Of a DNA stretch of 34,866 nucleotides, positions 17,167-25,194 are shown one piece after another. Both the position numbers and the translations under genes were made by a program. This DNA is from an uncultured Clostridia bacterium (lineage in GTDB: Bacteria > Bacillota > Clostridia > Christensenellales > UBA1242). How positions within the stretch are numbered: position 1 is the first letter of the stretch; each line of letters starts with the position of its first letter. The notes under the pieces are model-generated. The model was not told the origin of the DNA. It saw nothing but the letters and a program-made list of their open reading frames with translations, and searched no databases. The stretch is taken from positions 1 to 34,866 of the forward strand of contig CANQBU010000001.1 in NCBI GenBank assembly GCA_947589615.1, given 5' to 3'.

Positions 17167-18354
17167 ATATAATATGTCTTCATCCTCAAAAGATTCATGT
17201 TTTTTTGTCTTTGATGAACTTTTTTGCAAAGCATGATATGCCGTGCTTTGTAATGTGTCCGCTTGCCCAATAGACAACTGCTCTTTCATAATTGAGAAAA
17301 TTTTTTGAAGATTTTCGCTAGGAGTGAATTCCATAAAATCAAAGGTCTTTTCTTGGTCTTCGCTTGTCAGTTCGCTATATAAAACTTGCATTGGATTTTG
17401 CTCAAAAGAGTCAATTGATTTTGCCCATGCGTAATAGGTCTTGCCAACACCGTCAGAGTTGTAGACGGGGATAAAGTAATATCTATCACCATTTCCCCAA
17501 TACCCTTTATAGGCGGCACCAACAAATGCGGCATCTTCAAATAAGCCTTTTATTTGTTTTGCATCGTCATTCATTTTCGAACAAGTGTCGATGGCACATT
17601 CGAAGTTTAAATAATTAATAAAGTCAATAAAGAAATCTTTTGTAAATTCGGCATTACTTATGAAATCAACTCCCGTCAAGTAATTTAAACAATATGTGTC
17701 ATGTTCATCACTAAATAATATTGAAAGATAATATTTGTCATATTCATTGTTTTTGTCGTTAAGGTTATATGGCAAAAGGGATATTGAAAGCACATTTTTT
17801 ATATTCCCAATTTCGCTTGAGCAGCGCGATTGTGCATCGTTAAAGATAAGTTCTCCAATTGTTTTTGTAAGCACATTTTTTTCACTTTCATCCATTGTAT
17901 CAATTACAATTTGCCCGTCATCGCCAAATTCTATGTCATTGTCGTTTGCGTCGAAGATGTTGTCCGAAGTGTAAGGGTCTTTTGTGGTTGGAGTATTATT
18001 ATACTTAGCGGCGTTTATAGTGTTGTAGGCGAATAGTCCAACTAGCGTAGCAAGCACGGCGAAAGAAGCAATTTTGAGACCTCTACTTAACTTGGGGTGC
18101 TTTTTATTTTTCGAATGGGAGCGCGCTTTGCTTGACAAAGGTGTTTTAAGCATTGCCTTCATTTTTTTTGCGTGATTTTTTGGGTTTGGCAAAAACTCCC
18201 TCTTTTCTTCGTCTTTTGAAGAGGTTTTGTTTTTCTTGATTGCTTGTGTTTTTTCGGTTTTTGGTGAAGCAAGCTTTTGCTCTTCGATTTTCAAATCTAT
18301 TTGCGAGTCACCTGGTAAAACCTTATTGATAACATTTTCTTGGTTATTTCCCAT
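17164..18354 (-). CDS. Single-pass membrane protein of unknown function: Lys-rich cytoplasmic N-terminus, one TM, about 280-aa external domain
   Basis: I prefer the ATG at 18354 (MGNNQENV...) over the ORF-track TTG at 18372, which would sit inside the promoter -10 region. TM segment LKIASFAVLATLVGLFAYNTI. No family recognised. Confidence 0.65.
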   Translation of the reverse strand: MGNNQENVINKVLPGDSQIDLKIEEQKLASPKTEKTQAIKKNKTSSKDEEKREFLPNPKNHAKKMKAMLKTPLSSKARSHSKNKKHPKLSRGLKIASFAVLATLVGLFAYNTINAAKYNNTPTTKDPYTSDNIFDANDNDIEFGDDGQIVIDTMDESEKNVLTKTIGELIFNDAQSRCSSEIGNIKNVLSISLLPYNLNDKNNEYDKYYLSILFSDEHDTYCLNYLTGVDFISNAEFTKDFFIDFINYLNFECAIDTCSKMNDDAKQIKGLFEDAAFVGAAYKGYWGNGDRYYFIPVYNSDGVGKTYYAWAKSIDSFEQNPMQVLYSELTSEDQEKTFDFMEFTPSENLQKIFSIMKEQLSIGQADTLQSTAYHALQKSSSKTKKHESFEDEDILY

Positions 18355-18361
18355 ACATATT

Positions 18362-18389
18362 ATTTTAATCAAAATTGAAAATTTGTCAA
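18362..18389 (-). promoter_or_regulatory. Near-consensus promoter placing the transcription start at or next to the ATG (leaderless candidate)
   Basis: Minus strand reads TTGACA (18389-18384), 16-nt spacer, TAAAAT (18367-18362). Only 7 nt separate the -10 from the ATG at 18354, and there is no SD. Confidence 0.5.
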
Positions 18390-18492
18390 GGGGGTTTGTT
18401 CTATTTTATGTAAAAAATATAATAATAAAAATTAAGATATAATTAATTAAATTAAATATTTATTTAGAGATTGCAAATTTGGTAGTTTTTCC

Positions 18493-18522
18493 TTGACAAA
18501 AAATAGTGAAAAATGTTAAAAA
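18493..18522 (+). promoter_or_regulatory. Candidate promoter for the DUF262 gene pair
   Basis: TTGACA (18493-18498). The -10 is weak: a TG dinucleotide at 18514-18515 followed by an A/T-rich hexamer (ttaaaa / taaaaa). About 30 nt upstream of the ATG at 18550. Confidence 0.4.
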
Positions 18523-18549
18523 TAAAAATATGATTTAAAGGAGAGATTA

Positions 18550-20586
18550 ATGAGTCAACTTGCATTGAAAAGTATTAATGAATTATTGGGAAAGAATTAT
18601 TTTATTCCCAGTTATCAAAGAGGTTATAGGTGGGAAAAACGTCAAGTTGTCGATTTGCTTGATGACTTGTATTCTTTCATAGGCGACAAAAATAAAGGAG
18701 AAAATTCCTTTTATTGCCTTCAACCAATAGTGGTCAAGGAATGTGATAAGGAAATAGCAAGAGAAACAATAAATTTAAGCAATCTAACTGATGATTGCAT
18801 AGGACCCTGGTTTGAGGTGATAGATGGTCAGCAGCGTCTTACCACATTATATTTGCTTTTTAAATATTTGATGGAAAGTAATGAATTTTGTGATATGGTA
18901 AGAGAGTATGGTGACCTTTATAAAATATTTTACCAGACGCAACATGGCTACAATGAATGTATAGAGAAGCCTCAAATTCCTCGAAGCGAAACTCCCAATG
19001 ATTTTTATATTACAAGGGCGTATGAGGCGATAAAAAATTGGTTTGAATCTTTCAGCGAAAGTAAACAAAAAGAGCATGTTAAATCCTTGTTTAAGACCTT
19101 TTTGTTAAACAATAGCGAATCGTCATCAATTATAAAATGCGGCTATGCACAGGTTATTTGGTATGAAGTGGATAAAGATGTAGACCCGATAAAAACTTTC
19201 ACTCGCCTAAACATAGGGAAAATTCCTCTAAGGAATGCTGAACTTATTAAGGCGTTGTTTTTGCAGAAAAGGGGTAAATCAGTTTCTTCTGATGTTCAAC
19301 AGATAAACATTGCAAAGGAATGGGACCAAATTGAAGCAAGTTTGCAAGAACCTCGATTTTGGGCATTTTTGAACAAGGATTTAAGGGAAATTCCAAATCA
19401 CATTGAGTTTATCTTTGATGTTATATTTGCAGTTGAGGGAAACAAGATAAAGGACGGGCTTAAAGATATAGAATATAAAAAGCTTAGAGAACAAAATCTC
19501 GGCTTAAGCGATAAAAAACTGATGCAAGAAGCAGAAAATTTGGCGGAGGGCAAGTTCAATGATATGTTTGGGACAGACGAGTTTGCATCTTTCAGATTTT
19601 TCAGCACAAAGTTTAAAAATCCAACGCGTCAAGATATTGAAAGCGAATGGAATATGGTGCGTGAATATTATGAGACCTTTTCGGAGTGGCAAAATAATCC
19701 GCTTTGGTATCACTATATTGGCTTTTTAATTTATTGCGATGAGCCAATTATAGATATCTTTAATCTTTACAAGGGCAAAACAAAAAATGAGTTTAAACAA
19801 AGTTTAATAAACAGAATAAAGGAGCGACTGGCGGTTTGGGTTAAAAGCTTAAATGACGGCTTATATGAACTTACAAATGAAAAAGGCGAGCCAGTAATTT
19901 ATAGTAATAAAAATAGAAAAAAATTAAGACAAATTTTGGTGTTATACAATATTGAATACATAATTCAAAAGAATGCACAATTAAAAAAGAGTTATGTTAT
20001 TTTCCCTTTCGACCTATTTAAGGAGCAGCAGTGGGATATAGAGCATGTTGACTCTTTTACAACAAACCCTCTTACTGATAAATGTCAACAAAAGGAATGG
20101 GTGGCTACAAGTTTAAATGGTCTTAAAGACTTTGGGATAAATTATACCGAGACAACGAGAATTTTAAAAGAAGAGAAGGAAAAACTTGAAAGCTTTTTGT
20201 CTGAGGATAATTCCTCAGTAAAAATTGAAGATGTAATGTGGATCTTGTCCAAATTGGCAGATGAATATCTGCCTACCGAAGAGGTCGAAAAGGATATCAA
20301 AAATTCAATCGGCAATCTTACACTACTTAATTCAAGTATAAACAGAAGTTACGGGAATGACATTTTCCCTTTAAAGAAAAGAACTATCACCCAAAAAGAT
20401 GCCGATGGAGAATTCATTCCTATTTGCACTAAAAATGTGTTTTTGAAAAATTTTATCGATGTTAACAATTCTCCAATTTCGTGGAGCGAACGGGATATGA
20501 AATGTTATCAGAAAAATATTATAGAGGTTATCTATAAGTTCTTAAAAAAGGATGGAGAAGGGGGAAATAATGGCAGAGAAATTTAG
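18550..20586 (+). CDS. DUF262 + DUF1524 protein (GmrSD / BrxU-like type IV restriction enzyme family)
   Basis: 678 aa. N-terminal DUF262 / ParB-like motifs IPSYQRGYRWEKRQVVDLLDDL and DGQQRLTTLYLL. C-terminal His-Me finger (DUF1524) motifs WDIEHVDS ... IGNLTLLNSSINRSYGNDIFPLKK. SD AAAGGAGAG. Confidence 0.85.
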   Translation: MSQLALKSINELLGKNYFIPSYQRGYRWEKRQVVDLLDDLYSFIGDKNKGENSFYCLQPIVVKECDKEIARETINLSNLTDDCIGPWFEVIDGQQRLTTLYLLFKYLMESNEFCDMVREYGDLYKIFYQTQHGYNECIEKPQIPRSETPNDFYITRAYEAIKNWFESFSESKQKEHVKSLFKTFLLNNSESSSIIKCGYAQVIWYEVDKDVDPIKTFTRLNIGKIPLRNAELIKALFLQKRGKSVSSDVQQINIAKEWDQIEASLQEPRFWAFLNKDLREIPNHIEFIFDVIFAVEGNKIKDGLKDIEYKKLREQNLGLSDKKLMQEAENLAEGKFNDMFGTDEFASFRFFSTKFKNPTRQDIESEWNMVREYYETFSEWQNNPLWYHYIGFLIYCDEPIIDIFNLYKGKTKNEFKQSLINRIKERLAVWVKSLNDGLYELTNEKGEPVIYSNKNRKKLRQILVLYNIEYIIQKNAQLKKSYVIFPFDLFKEQQWDIEHVDSFTTNPLTDKCQQKEWVATSLNGLKDFGINYTETTRILKEEKEKLESFLSEDNSSVKIEDVMWILSKLADEYLPTEEVEKDIKNSIGNLTLLNSSINRSYGNDIFPLKKRTITQKDADGEFIPICTKNVFLKNFIDVNNSPISWSERDMKCYQKNIIEVIYKFLKKDGEGGNNGREI

Positions 20587-22900
20587 TTTTAAGGATTTGC
20601 TTACACGGCCTATTCAATTGGTCGGCGGGGGAAGCGTAAAAATCGATAAAATCTCAATACCACTTTTGCAACGGGATTATGCTCAAGGCAGAATGTTCTT
20701 TAATGAAAAAACGGGAGAATACAAGTTTAATCTTGCCGGCGAGAAATTTATTGAAGAAATTTTTTCCACTCTTTTATCTTCCGATGACAAGGGGCTTGAA
20801 CTTGACTTTATTTATGGTTCAATTGATGAGGAAAGACCTGAGAAAGATGATGAAAATAAGGGGAATACAAATATTTTAAGCCCCCTTGATGGTCAGCAGC
20901 GCTTGACTACTCTTTTCCTCTTGTATTGGTTTATTGGCGGGGCAGAATTAGATGAAGAAGGCAAGTCAGATTTGTTGACCTCGCTTGAAAAATTTACATA
21001 TTTAACACGGACAAGCTCCAATGTCTTTTGTGCAAGCCTTGTGGAAGAATTGAAGCATTCAAACATTGATTTTAAAGGTGCAGAAGACATCAGTTTGCAA
21101 ATTAAAAACCTCTCATGGTTTCATGATGTATATACTTTAGATCCTACTATTGTGTCAATGCTTAATATGCTAAATAAAATACAGTCGCTGTACAGGGAAA
21201 GAGAATGCCAAAATGTATTTGGCAATTTGGAGAGAATGAAATTTTACATTCTGCCCCTAAAAAATTTTGAACTTACTGAAGAGCTTTATGTAAAAATGAA
21301 TGCTCGCGGCAAGCAATTGACGGATTTTGAAAATTTTAAAGCCGATTTACAAAAGTGGCTGCAATCACTAAACCTTCCAGAGAAGGAGTATCGAAAAAAT
21401 ACCACATTGCCTTATGACATGTATTTTATAAACAAAATGGATAATGAATGGCTACAGTGTCTATGGAAGGCAGGGAATGGAAGCGAAAATAGAAATTTCG
21501 ATTCTCTATTTTTAAAATTCTTCTATGATTATCTTTTAAATTATCATATTTTAGATTATAAAGATAATTATCAAAAACTGGACAAACAAAGTGACTATAA
21601 TGCTTTAAATGAAACTCGATATTTGGGCTTTTCAATCTTTGAAAAATTTTTAAAAAAAGGCTCGATGCTTGATAAGATTGAAATTGTGCTAGACAATATT
21701 TCCCAGCACTATGAAGATATTCTTAAGGCTTGCCAACCGGTGTGGAGCAGTGGAAAAATTCTATTTAATATATTTTCGCAAGATATGCAGTTAAAGGACA
21801 GGACAATATTTTGCGCTTTGGTTTTATATTTGACAAAGTATGGGTATGACGAAAAGGGCTTAAAAAAATGGATGCGTGTCGTATGGAATATTGCTGAAAA
21901 TGCCAACATCGATAGCGTTGCTGTAGTTGTCGGCGTAAACAAATTATTTGCAGAACTTGTGGAATATGCGGGCGATATTTATGCAAATCTTGCCGACGAA
22001 ACAAATATAATAACTTCAACTCAGGCAGAAGAGTTTGTTGCTGAAGAAAGATTAAAAGCCGGGCTTATAATGACTGACCCCGCTTGGGAGGAAAGTCTTA
22101 TCATCGCTGAAGGAAATTCCTTTTTTAGAGGCAATATAAGTTTTCTTTTGCCAGAAGAGGTAGAGGCGAAAGATATTGACAGGGGAGAATTTGAACACCG
22201 CTATGAAATGGCAAAAATATTCTTTGATGAAAAGGGTATCTGTGATGCTTATAGCAAGAATGGTCATCTTTTCCTCAGAGCGCTATTAAGCAGATATGAC
22301 GATTTGGGCAAAATAAAATATCATATCGCGGATAAAGATGAAAGAGAGCATTCTTTAAAACACATGCTTTCATCGGACAAAGTGGTGCGCAGGGCAATTT
22401 ACGAATGGTTTTCACTTGAGGACGAAGATAAAATTCATTCTAAACTTGTCGAAGAAGTGGCAAAGGCTTCTCCTATCAAAGATGTCTTTGACCGAAAACT
22501 CCACGAAGAACTTTACAAGTCAACAAATCTAATAAACTGGATGCAGGAGACTGGGGCAATAAGATATAAAGACGATTGCATTTCAAAGCCAAACAGCCCT
22601 ATTTATCAAATTTATGTTAGGGGTTACAGAAACGAGATAATTAAACGCTTAATTGAAGAGGGTTGGAAATGTAACAATCAGTGCAGCATAAATGAAGGGA
22701 AGGATAAAATTCCATACTTTTGGCCAAGCAGAGAAATTAATGTAATAAAAGAGGAAGCCGATAGGCAAATTATTTGCACATTTGATAGGGAAAATATCAG
22801 AATCGGCGAAGGTCAATATAATTATATAGATAATGTTAAAAGCAAAGATGATATCGATGCTTGCATCGAATGGATAAAAGAGCAAGAAAAGAAGTTGTAA
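20570..22900 (+). CDS. Second DUF262 domain protein with a long C-terminal region of unknown function
   Basis: I place the start at MAEKFSF (20570), with GAAGGGGGA upstream, overlapping the previous gene by 17 nt. Motifs IPLLQRDYAQG and DGQQRLTTLFLLYW. I could not recognise an E-H ... GNL-LL ... N nuclease motif with an intact His. Confidence 0.78.
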   Translation: MAEKFSFKDLLTRPIQLVGGGSVKIDKISIPLLQRDYAQGRMFFNEKTGEYKFNLAGEKFIEEIFSTLLSSDDKGLELDFIYGSIDEERPEKDDENKGNTNILSPLDGQQRLTTLFLLYWFIGGAELDEEGKSDLLTSLEKFTYLTRTSSNVFCASLVEELKHSNIDFKGAEDISLQIKNLSWFHDVYTLDPTIVSMLNMLNKIQSLYRERECQNVFGNLERMKFYILPLKNFELTEELYVKMNARGKQLTDFENFKADLQKWLQSLNLPEKEYRKNTTLPYDMYFINKMDNEWLQCLWKAGNGSENRNFDSLFLKFFYDYLLNYHILDYKDNYQKLDKQSDYNALNETRYLGFSIFEKFLKKGSMLDKIEIVLDNISQHYEDILKACQPVWSSGKILFNIFSQDMQLKDRTIFCALVLYLTKYGYDEKGLKKWMRVVWNIAENANIDSVAVVVGVNKLFAELVEYAGDIYANLADETNIITSTQAEEFVAEERLKAGLIMTDPAWEESLIIAEGNSFFRGNISFLLPEEVEAKDIDRGEFEHRYEMAKIFFDEKGICDAYSKNGHLFLRALLSRYDDLGKIKYHIADKDEREHSLKHMLSSDKVVRRAIYEWFSLEDEDKIHSKLVEEVAKASPIKDVFDRKLHEELYKSTNLINWMQETGAIRYKDDCISKPNSPIYQIYVRGYRNEIIKRLIEEGWKCNNQCSINEGKDKIPYFWPSREINVIKEEADRQIICTFDRENIRIGEGQYNYIDNVKSKDDIDACIEWIKEQEKKL

Positions 22901-22946
22901 TATTTAATTTCTTCTCATTTAAATGATTAATTTTATATGCAAAAAC

Positions 22947-22987
22947 AACCATTTCTTTTGCCCATTATAGGCTTTAAAGAAATGGTT
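22947..22987. terminator. Bidirectional hairpin terminator between the DUF262 pair and the hydrolase gene
   Basis: aaccatttcttt (22947-22958) / aaagaaatggtt (22976-22987): 12-bp stem, 17-nt loop, A-run upstream and T-rich downstream. Confidence 0.55.
22960..22983 (+). repeat. Copy 1 of a 24-nt repeated sequence
   Basis: gcccattaTaggctttaaagaaat. It lies inside the loop and 3' arm of the 22947-22987 hairpin. It matches copy 2 at 23 of 24 positions. Confidence 0.8.
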
Positions 22988-23006
22988 ATATTTTAATGTT
23001 CAAAAA

Positions 23007-23978
23007 TTAATTTTGAATATATAATTTTTCTTGTTTTAAGAGTGGATAAGATTTTAAACTGTCATTATTCAAATCTTCTTTATTCATATCCACTCCTACA
23101 ATTTGAGAGTTGTTGTAGGTGGTGTAATAGTAAATGCATTTGTCGGTGTTGCAGCATGAAGAATAAATGGTATGCTCAAAGCCCTTCTCAACCTTGCAAC
23201 AGCCTTTTTGTTGTTCGACAGAGGTTAAGATGTGGAAAAACTGACTGACGCTTTCCACTTCGCTGCTTCCTTGTAAAGAGTTTAATTTTGTAAATGCCGC
23301 CTTTACAAATCGCGATGCCGAAGACAGGTCTCCGGGCAACCCTATTCCGCCCATGCCTCGACTATATGGCGTAAGATTTAAGTTTTCGCAAAATCTGTTA
23401 ATTGGCTCATTGCGTGAAACATTCATGTAATTGCTAAGATGGATAAGATGATAGTCAAAAGTCGGGTTGTTTGTGAGAATTCCTACGGGGTTATCATAAA
23501 CTTTAAGCCCCTCGCTTAAAGGCTCAACTACGATGCAATCTTTTTTGTCGGCAATAATCCAGTGCAAAGGTGAGTGAGGTAATTCATTTGAAAAATCTTC
23601 ATCACAAATATTTAAGTTTGAAAGGATTTTCCGTGCCTCGCTTACATCTTTACATTTTGCCAAAATGTAAGGGATAAACTCAAATGGTGCGACATTATCT
23701 TTTGAGCGAATTTTCTTTGAATAAAAGGCGTTCTTGGGGAAATTTAATCCCGCGATGCTAAGCCCTTTTTCGTTTGTTGCGTCATAATAAAGAGGGTAGT
23801 CATTTTGCACAAATGCCATGCCAATCATCGCATAGTGCTTGTCACATTTACGCATATGACGAAAATCGAACGGGAAGTTTCGAGGGGTGATTGTCACCGT
23901 CTCATTGTATGAAAACTCATAGTCCAAATTTCGTCCAAAATAAAAATCTTTACTAAAAAAAGTTGCTGCTGTGCACAT
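23007..23978 (-). CDS. Choloylglycine hydrolase / bile salt hydrolase family (Ntn linear amide C-N hydrolase)
   Basis: 323 aa. Begins MCTAATF (nucleophile Cys2), followed by FGRNLDYEFSYNETVTITPRNFPF, which is typical of the BSH/PVA family. SD AAGGAG. Confidence 0.88.
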   Translation of the reverse strand: MCTAATFFSKDFYFGRNLDYEFSYNETVTITPRNFPFDFRHMRKCDKHYAMIGMAFVQNDYPLYYDATNEKGLSIAGLNFPKNAFYSKKIRSKDNVAPFEFIPYILAKCKDVSEARKILSNLNICDEDFSNELPHSPLHWIIADKKDCIVVEPLSEGLKVYDNPVGILTNNPTFDYHLIHLSNYMNVSRNEPINRFCENLNLTPYSRGMGGIGLPGDLSSASRFVKAAFTKLNSLQGSSEVESVSQFFHILTSVEQQKGCCKVEKGFEHTIYSSCCNTDKCIYYYTTYNNSQIVGVDMNKEDLNNDSLKSYPLLKQEKLYIQN

Positions 23979-24079
23979 AAAAAACTCCTTATATAAAATT
24001 ATAGCAAATCATTTTCAAAAATGAAAACAAATTGCAAACAAATCTACACTTGAAATTAAAAGTTGTCGGAACAAAGGGT

Positions 24080-24108
24080 TTAACAAAATTTGCAGTTTTA
24101 CATAAAAT
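24080..24108 (+). promoter_or_regulatory. Candidate promoter for the collagen-like gene
   Basis: TTAACA (24080-24085), 17-nt spacer, TAAAAT (24103-24108). It lies 22 nt upstream of the ATG at 24131 and just before the SD GAGGAG. Confidence 0.5.
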
Positions 24109-24130
24109 GTATTCTGTGAGGAGAAAACAA

Positions 24131-24715
24131 ATGATTTGCAATAACTTTCAAAACAACTGGCAATGTCAAAATCTTTATCCTTCTCCTACAGGTATATGTC
24201 CTCCTCAGACACCTACTGGAATAAGCATTGTAGGACCTACTGGACCTACAGGTGCAACTGGTGCGACAGGTGCTACAGGACCAACTGGTGCTACAGGAGC
24301 AACTGGTGCCACAGGTGCAACAGGGAGTTCTGCTTTAAGTTCGATTGCCTTTTTCACCGCGCCAAGCGTAACAAACGCAGAGCCAACACTTTTGCTTGAA
24401 AACTCATTTCCTATAGGTCAGACAGATATAACATTTGCTGGAGGGAATGGGGTTAATTTGACGACAGGCACATATATCATGAGATTTGGCTCGACTGTGA
24501 CAAGCACAAACGGGACTTTGCCTACCATATCCATTTCGGTTGATAATGTGGTCGAAAGCGGAACGATAAGAACGGGGGTTGGATTTGGCTCTGCAAATCT
24601 GACCGGTGACGCATTAATAACCATAAACACTCCTTCGCTTTTGACATTCAATGTAACGGTCGCTCCCGAACTAACTTACGATGAAAACTTTTTAATAATT
24701 ACAAAATTGGAATAA
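24131..24715 (+). CDS. Collagen-like triple-helix repeat protein (BclA-like) with a Cys-rich N-terminus and a beta-rich C-terminal domain
   Basis: I place the start at MICNNFQ (24131), with GTGAGGAGA upstream; the ORF-track TTG start at 24032 has no SD. Ten uninterrupted G-x-T triplets (GPTGPTGATGATGATGPTGATGATGATGAT), followed by a roughly 125-aa Thr/Ser/Gly/Asn-rich domain. Confidence 0.82.
   Translation: MICNNFQNNWQCQNLYPSPTGICPPQTPTGISIVGPTGPTGATGATGATGPTGATGATGATGATGSSALSSIAFFTAPSVTNAEPTLLLENSFPIGQTDITFAGGNGVNLTTGTYIMRFGSTVTSTNGTLPTISISVDNVVESGTIRTGVGFGSANLTGDALITINTPSLLTFNVTVAPELTYDENFLIITKLE
24233..24322 (+). repeat. GXT collagen-like coding microrepeat (10 triplets of 9 nt each)
   Basis: ggacctact ggacctaca ggtgcaact ggtgcgaca ggtgctaca ggaccaact ggtgctaca ggagcaact ggtgccaca ggtgcaaca. 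This stretch is locally GC-rich compared with its surroundings. Confidence 0.9.
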
Positions 24716-24746
24716 AAGACTTAAGATTTTGACTATAAAATAAAAG

Positions 24747-24778
24747 AAAAGATTGAGGAAAATTCTTCAATCTTTTTT
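24747..24778 (+). terminator. Rho-independent terminator of the collagen-like gene
   Basis: Stem aaaagattgagg (24747-24758) pairs with cttcaatctttt (24765-24776) with one G-U pair, followed by further T residues. Confidence 0.6.
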
Positions 24779-24808
24779 AATGACAAATAATTATCTAAAA
24801 TGACTATG

Positions 24809-24919
24809 CTACAATTTTGATATGATATAATTAAAAGCCTTTTCTAGAATTTTTTGAGAAATATGCTTGCTTAAAAGTGTTTTTCCAGTCGCTAGCAAGC
24901 CGCAAATAATTATATTCAT
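24809..24919 (-). pseudogene. 36-codon remnant of a P-loop NTPase/kinase N-terminus
   Basis: Own translation of the minus strand: MNIIICGLLATGKTLLSKHISQKILEKAFNYIISKL*. It has a Walker A-like G-x4-GKT and GGAG 5 nt upstream. Too short to be a functional NTPase. Confidence 0.35.
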
Positions 24920-25132
24920 AGAATCTCCAAAAAACAATAAATTTAAGAATTTTTCATGCAAATTATTTTTTGTTTTTTATCTTAAAAATTTCGCTATTTC
25001 CATAATTCTTTTTTGGGGAATAGTTTATCATTAAAATTTCCAAAAGTCAAGAAGAAGGGGGCGGTCACATGCAGGATTATTCGCTTGAAATTTATATATT
25101 AATAATATTTATAATATTTTAATAAAAATTTC

Positions 25133-25163
25133 TTGACAAATTGGGGGCGTAAAATGATATACT
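25133..25163 (+). promoter_or_regulatory. Candidate promoter for the SPFH / ESCRT-III-like / AAA+ / TIR operon
   Basis: TTGACA (25133-25138), then a 19-nt spacer containing a G5 run, then TATACT (25158-25163) preceded by TGa (extended -10). An AT-rich UP-like tract lies upstream. About 30 nt upstream of the ATG at 25195. The spacer is longer than optimal. Confidence 0.45.
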
Positions 25164-25194
25164 AAATATGTATGAGATGCTAGGAGGAATATTG

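Noticed and set aside
24233-24322. Regular 9-nt periodic repeat considered as a possible CRISPR array or other non-coding tandem repeat.
   Set aside because: The period is 9 nt with no spacers. It is in frame within a 194-codon ORF and encodes G-x-T collagen triplets. It is a coding microrepeat.
25069-25122. 17-codon ORF (MQDYSLEIYILIIFIIF*) preceded by a GC-rich SD-like patch (gaagaagggggcggtcac), just upstream of the operon promoter. It could be a hydrophobic micropeptide or leader.
   Set aside because: It lies upstream of the predicted -35, so it would not be on the operon transcript. I found no promoter of its own. The hydrophobic sequence is what AT-rich DNA encodes by default. Not supportable without conservation or ribosome-profiling data.
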